DNA of 64,000 nt from Botryllus schlosseri (taxonomy: Eukaryota), in NCBI GenBank assembly GCA_051294905.1, contig CM119378.1, positions 8,556,001 to 8,620,000 of the forward strand, written 5' to 3'. The notes below the pieces were generated by a model, which saw only the letters and a program-made list of their open reading frames with translations, did not search any database and was not told the DNA's origin. Below, one piece after another: positions 14,141-27,100 of the stretch. The position numbers and the translations under genes are program-made. Each line of letters begins with the position of its first letter. Position 1 is the first letter of the stretch.

Positions 14141-17100
14141 GTGGTTCGAAAGATATTTATGCAAAATTGCAGCGAGGACGAATTGGACCCGTTCAAGTTG
14201 AAAAAGAAAGTGCAGGAGGTGCAAAGATCCTCACAATGTGTTTGCAGTGTTCTATTCAATTGTTTCTTTTCGCAGTGTCAAACACAATTGATCAAGCTAA
14301 ATTCAGATATGCAGAACCTGAAGGAAGAAAATGAAAAATCCGAGGCTACAAACAAACTTCTGTGCGAGGAATTCGATTCGTCGCTCCAAAAGTGCCAAAG
14401 TCTCCAAAGCAAGTTTAATGTAAGTTGAAAATGATAGTTATAATTAGGGCTTTATTCAAAACAAAAATCAATTTAAAACAAACATGTTCAAAACAAGGCT
14501 CTTGTTTAGAATATGTTTTTTAAGTCGTGACGTCACAAATATTCAATTATGACGTAGTGGATTGACATTCACAATTAAAAATGTAGGGTAAATTTAGCTC
14601 ATTTGACGAAAGATCTACGTATATAGCTGTTCAACCGACTATTTTGAGGTTCCGAACGATCCCATATCGTAGACGTTGGCTAGGGTGGCAGTCGTCCATA
14701 TAAGCTCATACAACATGTTTTTGGAAAGAATTTACACAATTATGACAGTGGTTCAGGCTCATGTGAACGCAAACCTTTTTAAAAGGTTCTGTGTGAACGA
14801 TAACGCGAACCTCATGACGTCACGTGACGTCATATTGCTAATTGCAACCCTGCATTTCAGTGAAGTGCAAGCTTATATCAATGTACGCGATACCTAGCGA
14901 CGACACAAGTCACATAATGCCACAATGCTGAAGTACATATTGACGTTTTATACGTCGCCAAATGTATCAACTGGGGCAATCAAATCATATAATGATCCCA
15001 TAAAACCAATATCTTCAATCGATTTGTCGACAATTTCGACGATGACTTGCAAGGGAATATGAGCTTACGCCTTAACGGTCTAGGCCAGACGGACAACTAT
15101 GTATTCGGCGTCTGAGTATTGCTACGTTGATATTGAGCAGAGTGTAAAACGGGTTTCTTTTCTATACTTGCTACCGATATCACCTCATTAACAAGTTACA
15201 CTGCAGTAGCCAATACCTCAATTGCACGGATTTCGTTTTTATGATATAATAAACATATGAAGTCAAGATCGAATCCGTGCGCCTGCTACATTTTTACCTC
15301 AGACAACGATATCAATTTCATTGATTGGTTGAATATTGAATAAGCATCATTCGCGGTGACTACCTACGTGTAGTGTATCTCGCTCTTGATGTTGTGTGAT
15401 TGCGGGTCAAGCTCATAGCAGGGAGTCAAGCTGGATATTTCGAGCAAACTTTTGTAACAAAGCAAGTAAAATTTTTGAGATTGTCAAGGTGCATGCTCGG
15501 TTAGTATTGATTGTTTTTATGCTGCCAGCGCCATGCATAGAGTGGCCCGCAGTTGAAATGCAATATATTTCAACCAAAGATGTTATAATGAAGGTAAAAT
15601 TGTAATATATGAAATAGGCTCACAGTGCATAGAACCTACCAAAGTTCGTTTGTGAACCTGAACCTCTAAATTCCTGAGGTTCACACACAGAACGTGACCG
15701 TGACCGTGACCTCAAGTTCACACCATCCCTAGTGTGAACCTCTGAAAGGTTCAGGTTCGTCTGAACGCGAACCTTTTTAAAAGGTTCTGTGTGAACGCGA
15801 ACGTGAACCGCATGACGTCACATGACGTCATATTGCTAATTCCAACCCTACATTTCAGTGAAGTGATAACCTATACACCAGTGGTTCCCAACGTGGGCGA
15901 TTTGGCGGTCTAGGGGGCGAAAATGACGAAGGGGGCGACAGGGGGGCGAAAACAGCAAAGGGGGCGATAGGGGGGCGATGACGCGTTAAACGGCTGACAT
16001 TTTTTTTAGTCAACCCACGGAAATTTAGTTACAAAAGTGTGTCAAATTAGACATCGAGCCGAAAATTTGACCTTTTTTTTAGTCAACCCGCCGGTGATTA
16101 CAGTTTGTATGCCCAATTTTCGGTACACAAAATTTGGGGGGCGATGATCGGTGTTGACCTTGAAAAGGGGGCGATGGGTCGAAAAAGGTTGGGAACCACT
16201 GCTATATACCTAGCGACAACTCGGACCACATAATGTTACAATGCTGAAGTACATATTGACGTTTCAAACGTCGCCAAATGCATCAACTGGAGCAATCAAA
16301 TCTTGTATTAATCCCATAAAATCAATATCTCCCGTCGTTTTGCCAACAATTTCGACGAGGTCTTGCAAGGGAGTATAAGCTTACGCCTTGACGGTCTAGG
16401 CCAGACCGGACAATGTATTCGGCGTCTGAGTATTGCTGCGTTGTTATTGAGCACAGTGTAAAAACCGATATTACCACATTAACAAGTTATACAGCAGTAG
16501 CCTACGCCCCAATCGCACGGATTTGGTTTTTATGATTCAATAAACATATGAAATCAAGATTGATACCGTACGCCTGCTAGATATTTTACATCAGACAATG
16601 ATATCAACTTAATTGATTTGTTGAATAAGCATCATTCGCTGACTACCTACATGTAGTGTATTTCGTTCTTGGATGTGTGATTGCGGATCAAGCTCACAGC
16701 AGAGAGACACTATATTCGAGCAACCTTTTGCAACAAAGCAAGTAAAATAATTGAGATTGTCAAGGTGCATACTTGTTTAGCGTGTAATTTTTTTATGCTG
16801 CCAGCGCCATGCATATAGTGACCCGAAGTTGAAATGAAATAACTTTACACCAAATATGGTATAATGAACTGTAAATTGAAATATATGAAAATGGTTCACA
16901 GTGCAGAACCTACCAAGTTTCGTTTGTGAACTTGAACCTCTGAATTTCTGAGGTTCACACACGGAACGCGAACGTGAACCGCACGTTCGCACCATCCCTA
17001 GGTCATAGGCTTTAGCATTTACGCCTACTAACGAACACAGAAAAACATGACTCGACCTAAATCGACTAAATGCTAATTCAAATCCAGCCTGATGAGGTGC

Positions 17101-20100
17101 CTGTCACATAGGTTACATTTTCCAGGTTTATCATGATCCCAAAGTATATCGGCTCTGATTGAAATACTATTCGAAGTCGTTTCGGCATCTTCATATCCTT
17201 TAATCTTATCGCAATCCTGTGGTGTTTGGAATTGATAAAAATACAAATAAAACTAACCAGATCTCACACTCTTAGCGAGAAGAGAGTGTGTTCACGCCCA
17301 ACGGACCGAAAATAATGGATCACGAAAGCAGAACCCTAACCAGATCTCTCACACTCTTAGCGGGAAGAGAGTGTGTTCACACCCAAAGGGACTGTGTTCA
17401 CACCGAAAGGACCGAAAAATATGGATCACGAAAGCAGAACCTAACTCATAATTATATCGTGATCATAAATTCTACGTGCCTATACGCGCGTGCATAGTTT
17501 TGATTGCAATGTTGAACTCGATTTATACCAAGGTATGAATAAGTCTGAGGCAGGTTCTGGTTTCGTGTGCCATGGTTGTATAACTGTATATCACACCCGT
17601 ATACCAGGGATCGTACACAGGTGGTAATACACCCTTTTCGCTAATAGCACACTTATTATTCATACATATTTATATATACAGCTCCGTTGAGACTTCGTGA
17701 AATCTACATTGGACCGACAAAGAATATAGATATTAGCTATCACTTGAGAAATATTGCATCAGACATACGTTGATGTTGCCAAATTAATTCGACTCGAAGC
17801 TTTTTGACTGGCTCTCCTCAGGAGCGAACGCCAGTAAATGAGGTCGACCAAGTCCGAAATATAGAAAGAAATGTGTCGTTGTGACGTCATTTACTGGTGT
17901 TCGTTCCTAAAGAGAGCCAAGCGGGCGAGCCAGGCGTCGTCTATATCCAAACTCTACCGTTGGCCCTTGTCAAAATGTTAACGGGTGGAAATGCATCTCT
18001 GTACTTCAACACGATTTTTAGTCATGTCGGAGTGACAAAATTTGCACATCGTAAATACTATAATTTAAAAAATGGCCGAAATTTCAATTTGGAAGAACTC
18101 GGCATCTACTGGTTGGAATTTAGTCAGATTTGGTGTGCATCGTTTTTTTTAGGCAACCTAGCGATTTAATCACGTAGCAAGAACGATTTGAAAAGAAAAT
18201 TTGAACAGCCCTAATATACAGTATAACAGCTATGCCATTGCAGTTATCTTCTTGAATACAATAGACTGGTTATCAATTGAAGTCGTAACATATAGCCAAA
18301 TTGGTAATCACTTTGATCCACCACATCTGAAATATATCAATTGCTGACTATTACTGCGATGTCTGTATTGGCTCTTTGAAGGAAACCTACTATACAAAGA
18401 TGAATAATGAATATGTATTCGCTTTACTTCACGGAGCTTATATATACTATGGAGCAGGGGTTCTTGAATATTTTTGGTATACAGAGCCTGAAGAAAGAAA
18501 ATGAAAAATTAAAATCGGGTATGGACAGCCTGAAGGAAGAAAATGAAAATTTCGAGGCTACATACGAACTTCTATGCGAGGAATGCGGTTCCTCACTTCC
18601 GAAGTGTGAAAGTTTCCAAAGCATGTTTGACGTAAGTTCAAATGACCTATGTCGGTGACTGTCTCAAGTTCGAGCATTTAGGCCAGTCATTCCCGACGTG
18701 GCGATATCGCCCCCAGTGGGCTATTTTGAGAAACAATGAAGCCAAAAGACCAAAGTGGGGGACTGGGGGTCCATATAATTTATTAACACGGCCAAAAAAT
18801 TGGACGTGAAACCGGCTTCTTCTGCATATGACTTGAAAAAAGTCAACCCAACAGAAGATATAGACGCGGAAACCGATTCTCCGTCCACCTACATGAACCT
18901 TTTTGGTCATTTCACCAGCGATCAAATTCAGATCAATAAATTTACTGTTTATATGTCCTCTTTTTCGGACCCGTAAATATCGGGCGAAAATTTGTGTCAA
19001 GCTTGATTAAGGGGGCGATGAGTCGAAAAAGGTTGGGAACCACTGATTAATTAAGGCCTACTATAACGAGCGCACAAAATCATGACTGAACCTGAATCGA
19101 CGAAAGGCCTATCCAAATCCAGACGAGAGATGCCTGCCATTGCCCACGGAGTATATATCTGACCACAAACCCCTTATTGCCAACACCCTCATTCCCTCTT
19201 TGAGGATTTTTTGGGTTGAGTACGGGGGGCGCTAATATTTTTACCTTGCTCGAATCTGCAGATAGCAGGAATGAGCATCAAATTGATAAGTCGTATGTAA
19301 AGTGGCGAAACGGCATAAAATCTGGCGTACAACAAATAATTCCCATAAATAACTGATTTTAATTGACGTAAATTTAGGAGAAATTGGGGGGCTCTCTGAC
19401 TTGGAATCCGACTTGAATCTGGTCCAGTCGATCCATTTTCAATTCGCCAGAGTTACACAAAGGTGACATTGGCGTGCGACTCGGAGCTTAGTGGCTTGTT
19501 TGCAACCCTGGATAGAGGTGTCATTAGCAAATACTCATTCAATGTAATGTATTTTCCAAAGGGAGCAGTGGAAGAATATAAGGTGTAACAGCCACAGGCA
19601 TGAGCTGAATATTCGATGTCCCAATTGAAATCGCCTGTCACCACGCTGATTGTTGTGCGTAGAAGGATAGAATTGACAAATTATTGGTTAATTAGGGAAG
19701 AGCAATTTAGCAAAAACTCTGTGGCACGCGACCGGGAACGGTTTTATATGAACAATGACGGGCAGTGGTTCATTTTGGTAACTGATCTGGCCAAAGTTTG
19801 ATTGTTAGGAAACTCTGCATTTTTTGTTTTGTGCGAGTCCGTAACTGCATGTGTCAATATGGCATAGCAGCAGTTACTTTTGCATTTTGATGATGTTACA
19901 GAAATTGAGCACGGAGCATTTCCACCTGAAGGCACTCGCGCTCACGGAGATGCCATTGGAGTCGGTGAAGCCACAAGCTGTCCCATCACTGGCGGTTGCG
20001 ATGACGGTGGAAGTCAGCCTACCTGATAACAGCAAGGATACTTTGAAACTGCGAAATGAAACGGTATTTATTTGAACTTACGCAACCATCACACCAAAGC

Positions 20101-21640
20101 AGTGGTTCTTAACCTTTGAACCATTGAAATCACTAACCAGTCCTCGCACCCCATCTTGAAATATATAATATGTCATTCTAATGTGCAAATAACCATTTTT
20201 CTTATGTAAAGTGGACTTGAAAAATCATGATTCGCATGACGCATAGATAAGTAGTCGCTCAAGGCAGCAATTTAGCAGTGGCCCCTTCAGTTATGGTACC
20301 AGACATGAAATGATTACTTCATGAATGTAATCGATTGCGATCACGATCACTTCTGAATCACGCGATTACGATTATGATTACAGAAAAATTTGCAAGTGTT
20401 TCTTCTGTCAACAAAGCGTAACATGATGTCAACAAGAGGGGGACCTAATTATCCGATTATTACACGACTGTTGCCTGCATATTTTCTGATGAATTGCTGG
20501 TACTGAATTTCGAAAGAATTATGTCTTTCCAAATTCCCAGCATCTCTTTTTTTCGGATGACTACCAGTCTCCGCGCGGTAATTTCCATGCATAGGGGAGA
20601 TGTGGTACCGATGAGACACTGGGACCAAAAATACTTGAAAAACTATCTGTGATAATCCCATGATTACAGTACGCGACTTTGTCTACAAAGGCATGCTGGC
20701 AGAATCTTTCCTGACATGCAAAAAACTTCGACCTGCGTCCTGACATGCAAAAAAATCGACCTGCTTGAGTTATGGGGTCTGTGACAAATAATTTACGTTT
20801 TAGGGCAGTGGTTCCCAACCTAGGGGTCGTGAGAGCATCTGAAGGGGGGCGCGAAGAAGCGGTCAATTGAAAACATTTTTCGCGCTCTGCGCGAATTACC
20901 TCCAATTCACGCGTGTCTCTGTATATAGACCGAATTTCATATTTTTAATTCTGTCATCAACAGTCATAACCTTCCATGCCATCAAACATCTGAGGTTGCT
21001 AGCATCCCGGTTGGATTTTGTGATATGACGATAAGGGGGGCGCGAAATTTTTCACTATCATAAAGGGAGGGGGGTGTCTAAAAAGGTTTGGATCCACTGT
21101 TTTAGGGGATATAAAATGATTTTGGATCGACATAATCACCTTCCAGACTAACAAACCCGCAATATCAGCGTACCTATAATGGCACATATTTTTGACTTAA
21201 TACCATATCCTCGAGGGGACTATTTTCAATTCAATGAACAATATTTATAGGGTGCGGGACCTATGGTACCATAGCCGAATCAAGCAAAATAGTTGGACCA
21301 ACTAACACTTAACAACAGAAACACGCCGGCATACATAGAGGCAGTATATCATAGTTACCTGTGGTGTTTTATTTTGCAATTTTTAATCCATCGTTACCAC
21401 ATCTCCCCTATAGCTGATTTTGATCTGCTAAGACATTTAAAAATGTCCAAAGCTGCAGGACTGTTCGATTCAATCTGTCATATGTTATATAGGCCTATGT
21501 CCTCTTCTATATGTGAGTTTGATATGAATTACTGTTTTCAATGTTTTTATGCTGAACGGATCAGTCAGTGCTTTTTCAGGTGTTGAAAAGAAAGAACAGT
21601 TCGGCGATAATACCACGCAGTGCACCGAAGAAGCTGAAAG
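14141..21640 (+). CDS. Uncharacterised coiled-coil protein (partial model) with an internally duplicated exon
   Basis: Exons 14141-14218 (VVRKIFMQ..KKKVQE), 14276-14419 (CQTQLIKL..LKEENEKSEATNKLLCEEF..SKFN), 18485-18631 (SLKKENEKLKSGMDSLKEENENFEATYELLCEEC..SMFD), 19902-20063, 21580-21640 (VLKRKNSS..PKKLK). GT..AG junctions, phase 0 until the last listed exon ends in phase 1. Possible start exon 13483-13512; possible terminal exon beginning at 23236 (ELKI*). Confidence 0.5.
14749..17000. mobile_element. Two head-to-tail copies of the 1-kb TAGGGATGG element (about 14749-15731 and 15732-17000)
   Basis: Both are collinear with the reverse complement of 34131-35136; right ends CACCATCCCTA at 15731 and 17000; the second copy carries a nested MITE. 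Confidence 0.85.
15879..16201. mobile_element. hAT/Charlie-type MITE (CAGTGGTTCCCAAC TIR)
   Basis: 14-bp TIR; TSD CTATACAC/CTATATAC; GGGGGCGA repeats; sister copy at 45513-45902. Confidence 0.9.
17253..17445. repeat. Imperfect tandem duplication (83-bp and 105-bp units) with internal CACACTCT/AGAGTGTG hairpin
   Basis: Units begin CTAACCAGATCTC at 17253 and 17336. Confidence 0.85.
18060..18190 (+). repeat. Dispersed repeat; second copy at about 63620-63760
   Basis: Shared ..CCGAAAT(T/C)TCAATTTG..CTACTGGTTGGAATT..TTTGGTGTG..TTTTT(T)A(G/A)GCAACCTA..TTTAATCAC. Confidence 0.75.
18684..19045. mobile_element. CAGTG-type hAT MITE
   Basis: Ends GTTGGGAACCACTG; collinear with the outer element at 44449-46278 once its nested insert is removed; no clean TSD. 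Confidence 0.75.
20806..21099. mobile_element. CAGTG-type hAT MITE
   Basis: TIR CAGTGGTTCCCAACC..GGTTTGGATCCACTG; TSD TTTTAGGG on both sides. Confidence 0.88.
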
Positions 21641-22449
21641 GTGAGCATGTGCAAAAAGCTACTCGGCACAGAAAGTGATAGAAGCAGAGTCCATTTTCGT
21701 CATAGAAAAATTGCGACTCGAATCAAAGTTATAGCCATGTTCCCTTCGGATGTATTTCTTTACTAGTTCATGTTTGGATCACTTCCTGGCCAGACAAATA
21801 AATATAACTCCGATCATTCACGTCTTCCATATGCAATTTTGCATAGATACGAGAAATTCTGCCACAAGTGCATTCAGTGTAGCCTAATCACGAAGGGATG
21901 AACGATTACCGAAATCATAATTTGCAATGTTTCCGAATGCAGATTCAGTGACGAGCATAATTCAGACTGTATTTTGCGCCTGTTGGGTGGGATAGGGATT
22001 TTGTTTCGAATAGTTGTATCCAGAAGTTGACAGCTTGTGATAGCACTGGTCTCATCTTGAACTCTTGAGAGCATGTTGCGCCTGCTATGCTTCTGTGACA
22101 ATTGATTGCTGCTTGCATAGACAGACACCATCAACATAAAACGATGCACACTGTATTATCAGTGTTGTGTTATACTTTCATTCGATGACAGCAGCACAGT
22201 ATTGGCGTTCGGTCTACTTACCCAAAAGTCTGCATGTCACTTCGACGTAACTGTGCGGTGCTGAGCTGTTCAAAAAGCGCACATGCCGTAACTGTGGCAA
22301 TAAAATTAGTATTTCCATAGACATTTCTCTGCGTATCAAGTTTTTAATTCAATCCCATTCTCCTTAAAACTTCATCAAGTAGGCCGGCTATGTAGACTAT
22401 AGGTATAGATCTTGCGGAGTAGCACCAGGCTCGCTAGCAGCTGAGCATC

Positions 22450-22800
22450 GAAATAGCGTAGGCTAATGGTGAAGCGTCCGGCTTCATGATCGGTAGGTCG
22501 TGGGTTGGATCCCCGGCCGGGTCAGACCAAAGACGTGATTAGTAACACTGGTATCCATGACTTCCCTGCTTGGCGCTCATGCATTACTGGGATAACATGG
22601 AGGGGTGGTGCATGACTTAGAAAGCCGCAAAGTCTATATCTGCACTTCCTTGTCCAGCGGCATATGCACATCATGCACTCATGGTATGCATATGCACAGA
22701 TCGTGTGTACGTGTATCATGAGTCGGTGTATATGCCGCAAAAACATCAAGGACAAAAATAAACTACGTCCTTTCCTTTCCATACGCATGTACTACTTAAC
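22450..22800 (+). mobile_element. tRNA-derived SINE with a conserved core (ACCAAAGAC..CTTCCCTGCTTGGCGCTCA); boundaries approximate
   Basis: A-box-like TAGGCTAATGG and B-box-like GGTTGGATCCC followed by the core; second copy on minus at 36359-36539. Confidence 0.7.
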
Positions 22801-24123
22801 TACAGCGACCACTGAATATAATCGGAAAGCTACACTTATCTGAAGTTATATCGCATTCCAGGCAACGAAACTAAAGCATACGTGATCCCGAACCACCTGT
22901 AGCCTAAGTCAGGCATCTGCTTCGAACTTTCACTACGTAACTTCTCAGATAGGTTACGAATGCTTGTAACCAGACTTGGAAATCTAGAAAATTCTCAGCT
23001 TTTCCAAATAACATCAGAATTAGATTACTGGCATTTTGCTCAAATTTAGTGAAATTAGACACTGACCACTGCTTGTAACATTGCTACTTGTACTCTACAA
23101 TTATAATATTAATAACTTGATATTTGGAATTGAACAGTGGTAGTATTCAGTCGGCACCGGTTCTGTAGAACCCTCATGAAATTTTAGATCAGCAAACCGG
23201 TTAGCATTGGTTACTATTGATGAATTTTATAACAGAACTGAAAATATGACAGTGACTAGAAACAGCCGACAGAACAACTTCAATCTTAACACCTGATGTA
23301 GAATCACTTGATACTTCGACTACCTCAATCCTTTACTACGATACAGACGTTCCTCGCATATATCTCCAGGAAACCATTCAAAACTGAGGAGATGGATTGG
23401 ATTTATGGATGGATTATGAACATGAGCCATATTTCCATTTCCCGTAAACAGAAACAATGCCCAGTAATTCGTTCGCATCAGCTAACTCGGTGAAGCATAC
23501 AATACGAAGAAATACCCGTTCAAAATCCTTTTTTATTCACCAAAAGCAGAAAACGATCGAAGTCCGCATAAATTATCAAAAAATGATTGGATTGCCTTTT
23601 CCGTGATATAAAATTGGTCTGATGTCGAAACCAGGTGCCCTCTAAGCACAGTATATATTAACAAGTTCATCCACTTCCACATAGACAAGAATAGATGAAC
23701 AGTAGAACACACACTTACACAACGAATCGTTCGATTACCTTGCCAGAGGTTGGGACACAGCCGGAAACATCAAAGAAGCACAATATAATCTGGATGGAGA
23801 AATAAGGTGTCTGAAGCGTAGCCTCCACAACAATTGAAATATATAATTGGGCCGGCCGTGTCCCAGTTCACAAGTCAACCTACCGATTCAGACACGCAAA
23901 CGACGCTATGAAATGTTCTGCATAAATCCAGGCACCGGTGTTCACTAAACAACCAGTAAGCCCGTGCGCTGACATAGCCAGCGCACACCGACAATATAGG
24001 ACCGAGTTGCCAAAAAAAAAATCAATTCATAAATCTCTATTACCTATTTCAGACCACCAAGGGCGGCGACAAGATGCAGTCAATATTTGCAGTTTTAATG
24101 CGCCACGGTCGCCCGTTATCTTC

Positions 24124-27100
24124 TCAGCTCTTCTTCAACTTGCCGTTGCTGACTTTGCTCTCCTCTTCGGAATCGACACTCTTCTTTTCTGCAAAATCAG
24201 CACAAGTCAGTGAAAAAACCTACGAACCAAAAGATATCGCAATATTCCCAAACAGGGAGATTAGAACAGGCTTTTTTCGGTGTGTAGGGGATGGACAGAG
24301 GCGGTGACATTGGTACTCAAGTAGACGTAGCAATTTCAAAGAAAGTAGATAAGCCTAATACGTATCTGCTCTAGTAGTGAAGTAGACCAAGCCTATGTAA
24401 ATACTCTATAACAGTGGTTCCCAACCTTATCGGATGTCGGAGTTGCATTTCAAAGTTCAGAGTACGTATGGAGCCGCATGAAAACACTCGAGTAGGCTAT
24501 ACTCACCATCCATCTAATTCAAAAGCATGCACATAGACTTCTATAGATTCTATATCGGTTATTTTAGCATTGATAGACGCATATTGGCGAGGGCTATACA
24601 TTGAAATAAACTGAAAATGCATATTATTACAACATACTATTATGTTGCAATGTGATAGCTCTTCATACATTCCAACACTTGATGCACAAGTTTGAGGGGG
24701 ATTATACGCTGAGTAATACTGGACTTATTGCAAGTCATACTCGACTATGAGCCGTTATTCTGATGTTAGTAAAATTGTCTCGAAATTTAGTCTTCACAGA
24801 GACTGTAGCCTATATGAAGGTCGACGACCGGCAGAACTCAAGATATGTCCTTTTCTGACAGGTATTTATCCATGCGTGTGACACTAGTCTGTAAGAATTC
24901 TCTTTCCCGGTTTTCAGAAGCAGCCTTTGTCGGCTTTAGACATAACTAATATCCCTCATTTTTGCATTCACATACAGAAATTGACTATAACTATTCATAA
25001 AAACAAACCACAACTGTCGTCTATCATATTTTTGTGGCATTATTAGAGGTCAATCAGAGCCTCAAGAAATCTACCTTGCAGCCGTGGTTGGGAATCACTG
25101 CTCTAAAATAATAGGAATTCTTCATTACTGATTAGTGACCCCCTCTGGCCATGTATTGAACAGAGAATTGAAACGATCAAAGTAACTTACGCTTTCCTTT
25201 CGAGCCTTTGGACTTTGCTGCCGGTTTCTTTTTAATAGACTGCGCCGTGAACTGCTTATATTCCTTGTTTCGGCGCGACCTCAACTGAAGGTACCGCCAT
25301 AACATCCACATTTGCAGGGTGGCCATTCCCGCCATGCACATGTTTCTGCAAGTACAAATCCCACTATGCCAGGTGTAGGGGGACACGTACACAAGACTAT
25401 GTATGTGTACTCCCGCTCAAGTGTCACTGGCATTACATTATTTGTGCTCGCACAAAATTTTTATATACGGACTTTTCAACTAACCACAACGTCATAATGA
25501 GTGACCCTCAAAAACATGACTCGGAATCAAATCAAGCAGGTGGGTCTACTCAATGTCGTCAAGCCCTATATATAACCACAGAGTCTGGCTGCAATTACAG
25601 CAGGAAAAAAATTGCAGTTAAACAGTAGGCGTACCTGATAAAACTGCTGTTAAAATTTCCAGCCGCCACATCAATTCCCTGTTCAGGAGCATTCCGCAAA
25701 CCGAACCAAAACACGAGCACCGTGAGAGACAGCGACACAAATCGGACGACCGGGTACAGAACGGTCCAGACTTTGAATCTGGCGGGATAAAAATTTATTG
25801 CGTTACTTAAATTTGCGAGCGATCCAAACGTTGCGTGGAGACTGTGACTTGCTATGTCATGCGATTCAACCATTGATGAGAATGCTGGGAGGATTTGAAT
25901 AGAACAAATCTAGTCGCAAACTAGATTTCTTTTGTTTGACAAAGAAATGAAACGTCAAGAAAATAAACGATGCTTGGAGCTCAACATTTGATTGCAGCCA
26001 CACTAAACTGCAAATTTCAACACATAGTGTCAACATAAACATGTTTCTGGTAGGAAATATTAACATTGTATCTCTGCTGTCACCCCATGGCCTTATTTTA
26101 CCCAAACAATTAATAAAAAAACTGCAAAATTTCAATTTCATTTTCCTTAGATAATTGCGGGTTTTTTTTTTTTCAAGTTCCAAACAAAAGATCGCATGTT
26201 TTGTCCGATAACTCTATAAAATATATGGTTTGACATTATAAAATATATCTATCTATATTATCTCCGGGTACAAATTTGATGGATCATTCTAGCATGCTGG
26301 AACTCATTCTTATCATTACATCGGTAACACTTGTTCATTGACTTTTTACCTTTCAAATGTTTGTTAGTCGTTTTCTCGATTGTAATATTTTGTTACGTCG
26401 CATCACGGTAAACCAAAAATTCGTATGAAATATCTGTCGTAAATGTGTCACTCAGGTTTTTTTTGAAAAGCTGAGATTCAGACCTGTGCTATGCTAAAAG
26501 TTTTTAGTCATAGATCTACCATGTCAAGAGGTACAGAACGTTGCAGTAAACTTACAGCAAATTGATGACAAAAATTAGGATTTTTTTTAATTATTAAATT
26601 TCTCAATGAAATTTCTACGAGATGGGTTGAACATAATCCTTGAAATTTTAGCATAGCACTGTCCTGGTACTTCTAAAGATGGCGTTAGATCGGAAAAAGG
26701 GCTTCACAATATCGAGATTTTGCATTCCCCGTGCCGGTTCATATTCTGTCCTTGAAATCCAAAAAAATCCACAATCTGCAGGGTTGAACTGATTTTGTTG
26801 GTTTTTTGTTTGTAGCATAGCGACATCTAGCAACTGTGAAAATTTCATAGTAATGGGTTAGCCGTCCGAAATTCAGGTTTTTGGGTTGCTAGTCCCCTCA
26901 AGATGTTAAAAAATGGACACGAGCCCCTCTGATTCCACTGCGACGGTTTGATCACAAAAATTGGACGAAAAAAAGGTGGGGTCAAAAATATCACAGGAGT
27001 TAACTGACAGCAAAGTTTGATATTAGTATCACAAATGCATAGAATTTGCTAAATTTCCAACATGGGAATAGGGTAGTAATGGCTACCTGAAAAAGGAAAT

